From: the human T2T-CHM13v2.0 reference genome, Homo sapiens
Direction: 5' to 3' (one strand)
Length of the DNA: 64,000 nt
Assembly: GCF_009914755.1 (NCBI RefSeq)
Contig: NC_060936.1
This document shows, piece after piece, positions 1 through 15,631 of the stretch (position 1 is its first letter; each line of letters opens with the position of its first letter). The notes under the pieces were generated by a model that was given only the letters and a program-made list of their open reading frames with translations, ran no database searches and was not told the DNA's origin. The position numbers and the translations under genes are program-made.

Positions 1-1059
1 TCTTATTATTTCACAAAGAAACTAGCAGTGTCAAAATGGAACTCCTTCAATATCCCGAGCCAACCTACACCACCAGTGTCAACATGACCCTCTCTTCCCT
101 CTATCCCCTTACAATAAAGCAAGTATTGACTCAGAATTCCTTTCTACACCAGGCTCTGGCAAATGCCTTTACCCGCCAATGTTATACATTCTTACTTACT
201 ATTACTTTCTTAATTATTGGGTCAGAGCATCAGCCTTCTATATCCTATTAGGTGTCAGATTTACAAGAGTAGAAACTGTCTTAGGCTTCTTGGTGTAAGG
301 TACTTACCAGTACCAGATTCAAAACATAAACATGATTGGTGTCAATTGGTTAGATGTTCCTTGGAGCCTAAGTAACTATTTAAAAATAATTGTGCATCAA
401 TGACTTAATCAGTGTGCAGTTATTTAATTTGCCTTGTATATAACCCAGCAACTATGGAACACAGGTTTATTTTTGGTATCTGTCGTTTATGCCAAGTGAC
501 ATTTTGACAGGAAGCTATTCCTAATGTAAGGTAGCAGACACCTCTTGCTAAGAAACTTATTCTTGTTACCAGGAAATTATTGCTTGTACTCTTTCGGTTA
601 AATGTGAGCCTTCAACCTAGCTTCATGTGGTTTGAAAATAATATAAATACAGTTTAAAACCGATATGCCTTAAACTTTTCATTACATAATTCATATTTCC
701 TCTATTTAAAAACTTTGTTACAATCTTGCCACAAATGCAGGATATTTATTTTCAGTTACCCCCACAAAAGTCAAAGAAAAGATAAAGAAACCTTGTATAT
801 TTCTCTAGGAAGCTATCCTTGCACAAAATCATGTCCTATTTATATATCTTCTTGACCTTCAGAGATTTATATCTAACAGACAATGAATATCCTCTTGAAT
901 GACATACATAGAGACACTTCACAAAGAGCAAATAGAACATACGAATCACTGTTTTTCCTATGTATTCTTTCTCTTTTCTTTATCATTTAAATATACTAGT
1001 TATTTTCAGCTATACTGTTAGGGATATTTCTGCAATTCCTCCCAATTAATGCAAATAAG

Positions 1060-1605
1060 TTCCTGACTATTCTTCCTTTTAAATGTCTCTAAAATCAACC
1101 CTCTCCTCCCCAACCTTCTTTTCATTGTCCACCATTTCCTGCTTGGACCACTGGCATAGTCTCTTACTATGTCCCTGCCTGCAATCTCATACTAACTCTA
1201 GAAGGATTTTTCCATCAATAGATTATTCTTCTGCTACATTAGACTAATTTCAGCTCCTTCAATGGGTCTTGCTATGTCACACATTTAAGCCTTCATGCAT
1301 TTGAATCCTTCTGCCTGGCATGCTATTTTTTTCTTTTCTTTTCTTTTTTAACCAGAAAATTATTATCCACTTTTTAGCCCTCTTTAAATTAATGACCTGA
1401 GGTAATTACATCTCACTTTGTATATTACCAGGAACTTGTTCCTTCACTGTATTGCAATGATTTATTCATATCTGACTTTCTTATAAAAATACAAGCTACT
1501 TGGAGCAGAAATACATCACATCTTTACATCCCAGCACCAAGCACAGGGCCTAACACAAAGTAGGCAGACAAATAATGTTTTAAATAAATAAATAAATAAA
1601 TAAAT
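1060..1605 (+). mobile_element. L2 (LINE-2) 3' fragment ending in (TAAA)n
   Basis: L2-like 3' end 'cacagggcctaacacaaagtaggcagacaaataatg' followed by a (TAAA)n tail; upstream 'catttcctgcttggaccactggcatagtctcttact' is L2-like; highly diverged. Confidence 0.6.
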
Positions 1606-3413
1606 TCTAACCTCTAAATTTGCAAGAGAACCTCAGATTATTCAATTTTAATTTGGACATATGGTACGTTAACTCTCTAAAATACTGGATCACACAGGTT
1701 AAGCAATAAAGTTAATGAAAGCAAATCGATTCCTCCCCTTGTTTCTCCCTCTCTCACTACCCTCTCCCCTCTTCTTCACCTTCTTTTTTTTTTTTTTTGG
1801 TTCCTTCCCGCTGCATGTTTTATTAAGCACCTACTATGTACTAGGACCTAGAGATACTGCTGAATATTATTTTAGAACACCATTTATTATTTTAATAATA
1901 AAACTACAGATCTGCCATAACCAGAGAAATTAGGTGGACTTTATAAATACTCATACCACCACGGCATACATTTTAGTTATTATTCACTTAAGAGACAAGG
2001 AATGTTTTTGTATCTCTGAAGAATTTCTTGGAAAATTTGGAGTGCATCACTTGTAAAATGTTCACATAAAGTAAATGCTAAGGTATTTTGGAATCACAAG
2101 ACTTGTAAAACCTTGAAAAGTCATTAAGTAAATGTTTATTGGATGAATCTAACATATTCCCCTGGCTGCAATGAGCAATATATTTACAAAGGTTAGGCAA
2201 TCCGCCTTATAAAAAAATCTACAGATGAAGACTCAAAATTTTAATAACAGTTGGAAATATTTACAACTTTTTAGTCAGTTTTAATTTTTTCAAAATAAGC
2301 ATATTCAGCTGAAATAAACTTTCTAATTTTTACTGCAAAGATTTATTTTTATTAGAATATCAACACTTTACATATATTTTAGAAGGTGTTAAGTATTTTT
2401 CCCTTTATTCTTTGTCTTTTCTTGAGCATCTAGCCTTCCCTAACTATATATAAATCACTTTAGCATAAATTTTTATTATTGATCTAACTTTATTCTATAA
2501 TATATTTCTGTCTCTTTTAAATGTCTTCATTTATCAGTAGACTGATTAACAAATGGAATTTAAGATTTTAATAAATGTTTAAAGCAATTTGTATTTTGGT
2601 ATCATTACATATAGTGCCACTGTGATATATGGTTGTTAATATGATAATACAACATTAAACTGAAGGCATAGAAGCATAGAAGGGAACAGACACATAGGTA
2701 CACATTACTAGAAAGATTTAGAGTTAATGGTCTTACAAGTTCTTGCTACATAAGGGCTTTGAGAAGCAACTATCTTTAACATGTTTGGTAGGATTGCAGC
2801 AAAGCTGAATCTCACAGAGGACAGAATAGACGAGAGAAAATGGTAGGTTTACAGAAAATATTATGTTACCTTCTTGGATCTGAGAATTTCTCTATTGGGA
2901 ATTTCTCTGTTATTGCTTACTTAAGTATTTCTTCTGTCCCATTCTCATTTAGGGGATTCCAATTATATATATATTAGATGATTAATATTGTACCATACCT
3001 TTTGCATATTCTGTTCTTAACAGTTTTCTCTTTTCTGTGTGTGTGCTTCAGTTTGTAGTTGCTCTTGTCTTATCTTCAAGATCACTGAATCTCTCTGAAT
3101 CTACTGATGTGCCTATCAGCCTATCAAAGGTACTATTTATCTTCATGCTATATATTTTTCTATTTTTAGCATTTCTAGATTCTTTCTTATAGCTTTCTGC
3201 TGAAATTACCCATCTGATCATGCATATTTTCTGACTTACCTACTAGAACCTTTAGCAGATTAATTATAGTTATGTCAAATTCCTAGTCTGATATACCAAA
3301 AGCTGTTTTGTATCTGAGCCTGGTGGTGATCTTTTGTCATTTTTTGTATGCCTTAATTTTTTCCTTCTGGAAATCAAACTTCTTGGGCAGAACAGTATAT
3401 TCCAAGGCAAATA

Positions 3414-3781
3414 TATTTTTTATTGTGATAAAATATACACAAAATTAACTTTTCCATTTAAGCCATTTTAAGTGTACAATTCAGAGACATTAAGCATATT
3501 CAAATTTTTGTGCAACCAATGCCAACATCCATCTCTAGAAACTTTTAATCATCCCAAACTGAAACTCTATACTCATTAAACAATAACTCCCCATTCCCCC
3601 CTTCCCCAATGCCTGATGCCCTCTCCTCTACTTTCTGACTCTATGAATTTGCTGATTTTAGGTAGGTCCTGTCAGTTGGATTACATAATGTTTGTTTTTT
3701 TATATCTGGCTTATTTCACTTAGTATAATGCTTTTATCCATGTTATAGCATGCAGCAGAATTTCCTTCATTTTTAAGGCAG

Positions 3782-3819
<38 letters not shown>

Positions 3820-3904
3820 CAATATATAACAAATATATATACAACAAATATATAACAAATATATGTACAATACATAACAAATATATATACTATATATAAA
3901 CATA

Positions 3905-3948
<44 letters not shown>

Positions 3949-4001
3949 TATAACATTTTGTTTATCCATTCATCTGTCAATGGGAATTTGGATTATTTTC
4001 G
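3414..4001 (-). mobile_element. L1MB-type 3' end, 5'-truncated
   Basis: 'tattgtgataaaatatacac...ccattttaagtgtacaattcag...ctggcttatttcacttagtataatg...tttatccattcatctgtcaatgg'; degenerate TSD caaggcaaatatatttt / caaagcattatatttt. Confidence 0.75.
3788..3952. repeat. Compound (TA)n microsatellite
   Basis: Two long pure TA runs flanking a degenerate TA/CAA core. Confidence 0.95.
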
Positions 4002-4966
4002 CAAAGCATTATATTTTAATGCTGGGTGATGTGCCCTTTTCTTCTCCTAGAGCTTTAATATGGGGTTTGTTTTAATCAAGTCAGAAGTAGTACTGGTTTG
4101 GGGTTTGTTGTTGCTGTTCCCCAGTTGACCGTAGGTTTTAAACTTCTCTAGTGGTATTTTGTTTTTATTGTGGGTAGTAGCTTGCCAGAGAGCATTTTCT
4201 CAATTTCTACTCTCCACTTATTTGATTCTGCCCTTTATACAAGGCCCCAGAAAGAATCTCTCTCTTGTTATCGTCCCAGGTATATTGTGCTGTTATTTTC
4301 ACTCTAAAGATATTAGCTTGGTCACAGAAAGGAACGAGGGGAATGGAATTATCTGATGTTCTGACGAACCCTATCCTCAGACAGACTTTCCATTGGCTCT
4401 GGGTTCTTGGAAGCGCAGCCTTCACAAGTGCTCCTCTCCAGCTGCTGGGCCCAAAACACGACCCTGCACTTCCATGAGGGGTAGTGATGGTTTTTGTGCG
4501 TTTCTTTTCCCTTCCCCCAGCTGTGATGTGCTAAAGGGAGTTATTCAAGTTGAAATGAAAAGATGCTAAACAACATGAAACCATGTGAAAATACAAATCT
4601 CATTTTTAAAGAGTAACTATAAACACAAACCACAAAATATTGTTATGCTGTAAAGGTGACATGTAAGTCACATTTAATACTAGTGTACAAATTAAAAGAC
4701 AAAAGTAGTAACAACAACTATAACTATAAAAATATTTTAATGGAAACAACATAGAAACAAGTTAAATATGACATAAATTACACTAAGTATGTTGGGGAGT
4801 AAGTATAGAATTTTGGTATGCAATTGAAATTAATTCACTACAATATTATAATAGACTGATATAACATGTTTGATCTGAGCCCCCATGGTAACCACACACC
4901 AACACAAACATACAAATGTACAATGGATACACAAAAGATGAAGAAAAGGGTAAAGAATGCCATTAA

Positions 4967-7679
<2,713 letters not shown>

Positions 7680-10537
7680 AAAAAATCAAACCACAAAGAA
7701 AGATAACAAGAGAAAAGAGGAAAAAAATCCTACAAAACAGACAGAAAACAAAATGTCAATAGTAAGTTCTTACCTATCAATAATTACTTTAAATGTAAAT
7801 GGACTAAATCAATCAATCAATCAATCAAAAGACCTGGAGTGGATGAATAGATTAAAAAGCATGACCCAACTATATGCTGTCTAGAAGTGTCACCTTACAT
7901 TTAAGGACACACTTAGGCTAATGGTGAGGAGGTAAAGAAAGATATTCCATGCAAATGGCCATCAAAAGAGAACAGGGATGGCTATACTTATATTAGATAA
8001 AATAGAAATTAAGTCAAAAACTGTTAGGAGAGATTAAGAAGGACATTACATAATAAAAGGATAAATTCAACAAAAACATGTTACAATTTTAAATATATAT
8101 GTACCCAACATCAAAGCACCTAAATATATAAAGCAAACATTGACAAACTGAAGGTAGAAACAGACAAAAATACAATAATAGTAGGATACTTCAATATTCA
8201 CTCTCTATAACAGATAGATCATCTAAACAATTCCACTGCTGACTTGAATATCACTCTAGACCAAATGGATCTAACAGCCAAATGCAGAACATTCCAATCA
8301 ACAGCAACAGATTACTCATTCTACTCAAGTGTATTCAGAACATCATCCAGGATAGATCACATGCTACATCACAAAACAAGCCTTTATAATTTAGAAGACT
8401 GAAATTATTACCAGTATCTTTTCTGATCATAATGGAATTAAACAGAAAGTTAACAATAGAAAGAAAATGGGAAAATTAACAAATTCAAAGAAATTAAACA
8501 AAAAACTTTTAAACAACTATTGGGTCAAAGAAGAAATAAAAAAGGAAGTTAGAAAATATGTTGAAACAAACAAAATGAATACACAATGCACCAAAACATA
8601 CTGAATGCAGCAAAAGCAGTACTAAGAGTAAAGTTTAGTTTATAGTAATGAATGCCTATGTTAAAAGTAAGAGAGCGTTCAAATAAATAACTACATTTCA
8701 AGGGAATAGAAAAGATGAAGAAACTCAACCCAAAATTATTAGAAAGAATGAAATAATAAATATTAGAAGAAATAAATGAAACAGAGGCTAGAAAAACAAA
8801 TAAGAAAAACCAACAAACCTGTTTAGTTTTCAAAAAGATACACAAAATTGTACTGACAGAATATTAGCTAGACTAAAAAAAAAGGGAAAGAGTCAAATAA
8901 AATTAGATATGAAAGAGGGGACTTAACAACAGAAATACAAAGGATCATAAGGGACTACATGAGTGAATTGGACAACCTAGAAAAAACAAATTTCTAGAAA
9001 CTTACAACCTACCAAGACTGAATCAAAAAGAAAGAAAAGCAATAATGAACAATAATCAGTAAGGTGATTGAAGAAGTAATAATTATAATAAAGAAAAGCC
9101 AAGAACTAAATGGCTTCACTGCTGAATTCATCAAACATTTAAATAATAATTAATACCAAAATTTGAAAACTTTTTCAAAAACACATAAAAAGAGGGAACA
9201 CATCCAAACTCCTTTTATGAGGTCAGTATCAGCCTGCTCCCAAACCTAGACAAAGGCACTGCCAGAAAAGAAAATGACAGGCCAACAGCTCTGATCAACA
9301 TAGATGCAAAAATTTTCAGCAAAACACTGGCAAGTCAAATACAACATGAAAATAAAAGAATCATACACCATGACCAAGTAGGTAAGATTTACCCTTCGAA
9401 TGCAAGCATGGCTCAACATATGAAAATCAATCAATGTGATATACCACATTAATAGAATGAAGGACAAAAAAATCATGTAATCATTTCAATAGATACAGAA
9501 AAAGCATTTGACAAATTGTGACCACCCCTAATAGTAACAAACTCTCAACAATTTAGGCATAGAAGGAACTTATCTCAACAAAATAAAGGCCATATATGAT
9601 AAGCTCACAACTTAGATTATACTCAATGGTGAAAAGCTGAACAGTTTCTATGATCTGAAGCAAGGCAAGAATGCTCACTGTCACCTCTCCTATTAAACAT
9701 AGTGTTGAAGGTGCTAGCTAGAGCAATTAAAGAAGAAAAATAAATGAAGAGCATATAAATTAGAAAGGAAGAAGTCAAACTATCTCTGTGTGCAGTTGAC
9801 ATGATCTTATATGCTGAAAACCCTAAAGACTCTACCCCGAAAGTAAGAACTAATAAAAAACTTTAATAAAGTTGCAAAATACTAAATCAACATACAAAAT
9901 CAGTAGCTTTTGTATTCATTAACCATAGCCTAATTGATAAGAATTAGAGAAAGCAATTCGATTTACAAAAGCATCAAACAGAATAAAACACTTAGGAACA
10001 AACTTAACCAAGGCGGTAAAAGACATGTACACTGAAAACTACAAAACACTGGTAAAATTTAAAAAGATACAAATAAATGGAAAGACATCTCATGTTAACA
10101 GATTGGAAGAATTAATATTGGCAAGATGTCAATACTACTGAAAGCTACTTGTAGATTTATTACAATTCCTATAAAAATACCCATGACATTCTTTAAATAG
10201 AAAAAAATCTAAAATTCATAAGGAACTACAAAATACCCTGAATAGACAAAGCAATTTTAAGCAAGAAGAGCAAAGTTTAAAGTATGACACTCTATACTCT
10301 ATGATTTAAAACATATTACAAAGGTACACTAATCAAAAGACTTGTCCTGGCATAAAAGCAAATATACAGATGAATTGAATCAAATAAAGAGCCCAGGAAC
10401 AAACTCACACATGTATGGTCAACTGTTCTTTGACAAAGGAGCCACAGATGGGGAAAAGATAGTCTGTTCAGTAAATGGTGTTAAGAAAATTACATGTCTA
10501 CGAAAATTACATGTCTACGTGATAAAGAATAAAATTG

Positions 10538-10826
10538 GGCCACATGCGGTGGCTCACACCTGTAAGTCCAGCACTTTGGGAGGCTGAAAGTGGGCTGATC
10601 ACTTGAGGTCAGGAGTTTGAGACTAGCATGGCTAACACAGTGAAACCTCATCTCTACTAAAAATAGAAGAAATTATCTGGGTGTGGTGGTGCATGCCTGG
10701 AATCCTAGCTACTTTGGAGGCTGAGGCATGAGAATTGCTCAAGCCCAGGAGGTGAAGGTGGCAGTGACTCGAGATCGTGCCACTGCACTCCAGCCTGGGC
10801 AACAGAGTGAGACTCTGTCTCAAAAA

Positions 10827-10857
<31 letters not shown>

Positions 10858-10862
10858 CATAA
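10538..10862 (+). mobile_element. AluS-type SINE with (TAAA)n tail
   Basis: Full dimer, 'gatcacttgaggtcaggagtttgagac'; flanking direct repeat ataaaattgg. Confidence 0.95.
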
Positions 10863-11550
10863 CATAAAATTGGACTTTCATCTCACACCATATGGAAAAA
10901 TAGACTCAAAAAGGATTAAAGAATTAAATATAAAACATGAAATAATAAAACTCTTGGAAGAAAACATATAGGAAGACCTCTAGACATAGGACTGGACAAT
11001 GATTTCTTGGATATAACACCAAAAGCACAGGCAACAAAATCAAAAATAGACAAGCGGGAACAAATCAAACTGAAATGCTTCTACATAGCAAGGAAACAAT
11101 TAACTAAATGAAAAGGTAACCTATGAAATGGGAGAGAATATTTACAAATCATACATCTGATAAGGTATTAATATCCAACTATATAAGAAAATCCTAGAAC
11201 TCAATAGCAAAAAACAAAAACAAAAGTGACAATTCAGTTAAAAAATAGACAGATTCTGAAAATATATTTCTCTTTGTCTTTCTATTTGTCCTTCTGTAAA
11301 GATAAATTCCTCATGATTTTACTTATATGTGAGATCTAAAATATGGTATCAAACATATAGAATATATGTTAATATACTATCAAACGTATAGAAGCAGAGA
11401 ATAGAAAGGTGGTTTCCATCAAACGTATAGAAGCAGAGAATAGAATGGTGGTTTCCAGGAGTTGAGGGAAGTAGAAATGAGGGGATGTTGGTCAAAGGGT
11501 AGAACGTTTCAGTTAAATAAGATCTGAAGATTTACTTAAAAAAAAAACCT

Positions 11551-14240
11551 TGTCATTTATACATGTGTCTCTACAGAGTGAATTAAATGCAGCAATGTTA
11601 GGTGAACACATTCATTCATTGAAATAGAACTATACTCATTCACATATTCTTAGAAACATCTTTTACACATGTGCCTTTTTAAAGTTGATATGGTTTTGCT
11701 TTGTTTCCCCACTCAAATCTCATGTTGAGTTATAATTCCCAATTTTGGGGAAGTGACCCGGTGGGAGGTGATTGAATCATTAGGGCAGATTTCCCCTTTG
11801 CCATTCTTGTGATAGTGAGTGAATTCTCATGAGATGGAGTTGTTTAAAAGTGTATAGCATTTTCCCTTTGCTCTTTCTCCTGTCACCATGTGAAGACATG
11901 CTTGCATCCCCTTCACCTTCTGCCATGATTGTAAGTTTCCTGAGGCCTCTCCAGTTATGCCTTCTGTAGAGCCTGCAGAACTGTGAGTCAATTAAACCTC
12001 TTTTCCTTATAAACTACCCAGTCTCAGTTAGTTCTTTACAGCAATGTGAGAACAAACTAATACAGAAAAGTGGTACCAGAGAAGTGGAGCATTGCTATAA
12101 AAATACCTGAAAATGTAGAAGTGACTTTGAAACTGGATAAAAGGCAGAGGTTGGAACAGTTTGGAGGGCTCAGAAGAAGACAGGAAGATGCGAAAAGTTT
12201 GGAAGTCCCTAGAGACTTGTTGAATGGTTGTGACTAAAATGCTGATAGTGATATGGACAGTCCAGGCTGAGGAGGTCTCAGATGGAGATGAGAAATTTAT
12301 TGGGAACTGGAGTAAAGGTCCCTCTTGATATGCTTTAGCAAAGAGACTGGTGGCTTTGTGCCCCTGCTCTAGAGATCTGTGGAACTTAAACTTGAAATAG
12401 ATGAATTAGGGTATCTGGCAGAAGAAATGTCTAAGCAGCAAAGTGTTCAAGATGTGGTCTGGCTGCTTCTAAAAAGCCTATGCTCATTTTCCTAAGGAAG
12501 GAGAACTTATATATAAGAGGGAAGCAGAGTGTAAATTTGGAAAATTTGCAGCCTGACCATGTGGTAGAAAAGAAAAACTCATTTTCTGGGGAGAAATTCA
12601 GGGTGCAGAAATTTGCATAAGTAAAAAGTCACCAAATGTTAATAGCCAAGACAATGGAAAAAATGCCTCCAGGGCATTTCAGAGACCCTCACGGAAGCCC
12701 CTGCCATCACAGACCTGGAGGCCTAGGAGGGAAAAATGATTCTGTGGACCAGGCCTAGGGCTCTGCTGCTCTATGAAGCCTCAGGACATGGCACCCTGTG
12801 TCCCAGCTGCTCCAGCTCCAGCTGTGGCTAAAAGGGGCCAAGGTACAGCTCCAGCCATTGGTTCAGAGGGTGTAAGCCCTAAGCCTTGGCAGCTTCCACA
12901 TGGTGTTAGGCCTGCTGGTGTGCAGAAGGCAAGAGTTGAGGCTTGTCAGCCTCCACCTAGATTTCAGAGGATGTATGGAAATGACTGGATGTCGAGGCAG
13001 AAGTCTCCTGAAGGTTTGGAACCCTCATGAAGAACCTCTACTAGGGCAGTGTGGAGAGAAATGTGGGGTTGCAACCCTCACACAGAGTCCCCATTGGGGC
13101 ACTGCCTAGTGGAGCTGTGAGAAGAGGGGCACCATCATACAGACCCCAGAATGGTAGATCCACCTATAGTTTGCATCATGCACCTGGAAAAGCTGTAGAC
13201 ACTTAATGCCAATGAGTGAAAGCAGCCAGGGGGGCTATACCCTGCGGAGCCACAGAGGCAGAGCTGCCCAAGGCATTCAGGGCCCCTTCCTTGCATCAGT
13301 GTGCCCTGGATATGAGACATGGAGTCAAAGGAGATTATTTTGGAGCTACAAGATTTAATGACTGCCCTACTGGGTTTTGGACTTGCATGAGGTCTGTATC
13401 CCCTTTGTTTTGGCCAATTTCTCCCCTTTGGAATGTATTTACCCTGTACCTCCACTGTATCTTGGAAGTAACTAACTTGTTTTTTATTTTATAGGTGAAA
13501 GGGGCTTGCCTTGTCTTAGGTGAGACTTTGGACTTGGATGTTTGAATTAATGTTGTAATGAGTTAAGGCTTTTGGGGACTGTTGCAAATGCATGAATTTG
13601 TTTCAGAATTGAAGGATATGAGACCTTGGAAGGGCCAGGGGCAGAATAATATGATTTCACTCTCTGACCCCACCCAAATCTCATGTTCAATTGGAATTCC
13701 CAATGTTGGGGAAAGGACCTGGTGGGAGGTGATTGGATCATGGGGGCAGATTTTCCCTTGCTGTTCTCATGATAGTGAGTAAGTTATCACAAGAACTAGT
13801 TGTTTAAATGTGTGTAGCACTTCCCCCTTTTCTCTCTCTCCTGTTGCTATGTGAAGATGTGCTTGATTCCCCTTCATCTCCCAGCCATGCCTCCCATAGA
13901 TCCTGTGAAACTGTGAATCAATTAAACCTCTTTTCTTCATAAACTACTCAGTCTCAGGTAGTTCTTCATAGCAACATGAGAACAGATTAATACAAAACTT
14001 TATTAAATGTAACAGGGCAGTGAACACATTCTTTTAGTGAAATAACATTACCTTGATGCAAACAAATACTATGACTTTTAGAAACATTCATATCCATATG
14101 ACTTTATGTAGTGCAGTCTATGTACCAGAGTGTGGTGAATGTATCCTTTCAATAAAATAACCCTGTACTTATTCACCCATGCAACTAGAATTCCCAGAAA
14201 CATCATTCATACATGTGTCCTTCTAAAGTGTATTAAATGT
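11551..14240. repeat. Degenerate ~105-115-bp tandem array (~3.5 units), split by the MaLR insertion
   Basis: Recurrent motifs acatgtg (11561, 11667, 14211), attaaatg (11582, 14002, 14232), gtgaacacattc (11602, 14020), agaaacat (11652, 14080, 14196). Confidence 0.65.
11686..13994 (+). mobile_element. Complete MaLR LTR element, MSTA/THE1D-type (LTRs 11686-12064 and 13647-13994)
   Basis: LTR tgatatggttt...ctaataca; MaLR internal region; 5-bp TSD aaagt/aaact. Confidence 0.93.
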
Positions 14241-15521
14241 AAAAAAAGTGCATATTTTCCCCAACTTTTTTGTTTAAATATAGATATCTATGCACATGTA
14301 AACACAAACGTTAAGTATTATCTTTTACCAAAATTGAACCATTAATCTTCAGCTTGCTTGTTCTTATTTAACAGCTTATCGAAAACATGTATCTGAGTCA
14401 GTGTGTGTGTGTGTTTATCTCATTCTTCTAAATCACTTCTAAGTATTCCAATATATTTTATATGCCAGTTTAAATTTAAAACTGATAGGCATTTTTATTA
14501 TTTTAATATATTCCTTTTATATTGATAATGTTGCAAATTATCATTTTGTTACTTATTTTAATGTACTCATGCTATAATTTCTCTAGACCACTTCTCTAGA
14601 AGTAGAATTCTCTAGATTCTTCTCTAGATGTAGAATAATACTACCAAATTACTCCTTCCATAATCACTATATAAAATGCCAATTTCCTCATATTCTAATC
14701 AACACTGTATTTCTTTTATGCTTTGTTTAAATTGGCTCTTCTTTTATGAAAGAAAAGATGGTCAGCTTGATCATCTTTTTGAATTTTATTGGCCATATGA
14801 ATTGTAATTTTGTTATTTCCATGTTTTTTTCTAACAGGTTGTCTATTTTTTAATTTATAAAAGAATTTTTGATGCATAATGACCAATTACCTATTATTAA
14901 ACAGGAGAGTTATTTCATATAATGGCTGAAAGCTGTGTCTAGTGGACTGGCAGTTCCCTTCTGTTATTTTCCTTTCACTTTGTAGTGGATAACATTATAT
15001 AGACTCTCTCTCTCTTGTTCTTACTCTCTTTGCTGTAGTTGTCTCTGGCTTTCTCTCTCTTTGTCTTTGTGTGTGTGCATTGTGTGTGTGCTTGAATAGC
15101 CAAATGTCTATCTTTTTTTCTATGATCTCTGAGTTTTGTTTCTTTCTAAAGAAAGACCTGTGATTCTACAAATAATCTAAATTATCTCCTAGTTCAGTCA
15201 TAATTTGGTTCCACTTATAGATTATTAAAACAACTGGAATTTATTTTAGAAAACATTTTTATTTTCTTCTAAGCCATTGTCTACTGTTATTATGATTTTC
15301 CTGAGGTCCAGATATCATAAAGAAAAGAAAGAAAGTTTGCCTGTAGTGAGACGACATATATGTACAGGCATATCTGACAAATGGTGGGGAATATGAAGTG
15401 ACTGTATGAAAGGCAGATTGCCAAAAGGTATGACAAAATACCTTGAGAGACAATCACCAGAATGAGAGTTCACATGTAGTGAGTGCTTGTTTTGTACGAG
15501 GCTGTGTCTAATTCACTTTTT

Positions 15522-15631
15522 ATATCCATATTACTTTACATAGTGTAGTCTATGCACCAGAGTGTGGTAAACACATCATTTCAATGAAATAACACTGTAC
15601 TTATTCGCCTTTGCAACTAGAATTCCCAGAA
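15522..15631 (+). repeat. Dispersed ~110-bp direct copy of 14090-14199
   Basis: Colinear match atatccatat..actt..tagtg.agtctatg.accagagtgtggt...ctgtacttattc...tgcaactagaattcccagaa. Confidence 0.85.

Larger units (their letters stand above)
2850..4525 (-). mobile_element. Old L1M 5'UTR/ORF1-region fragment (minus), interrupted by an L1MB 3' end
   Basis: T-rich antisense L1 ORF1-like sequence ('tctgctgaaattacccatctg', 'atctgagcctggt'); boundaries approximate. Confidence 0.45.

Noticed and set aside
3700-3980. YI-repeat ORFs
   Set aside because: Translation of the (TA)n microsatellite
12773-13782. Cluster of ORFs in the MaLR internal region (also 56164-57876, 63488-63908)
   Set aside because: Fragments of the decayed MaLR internal sequence; no intact gag or pol
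11551-14240. Repeat-spacer-like periodicity as a CRISPR-like array
   Set aside because: Eukaryotic context, whole units are degenerate homologs rather than identical repeats with unique spacers, and there are no cas genes
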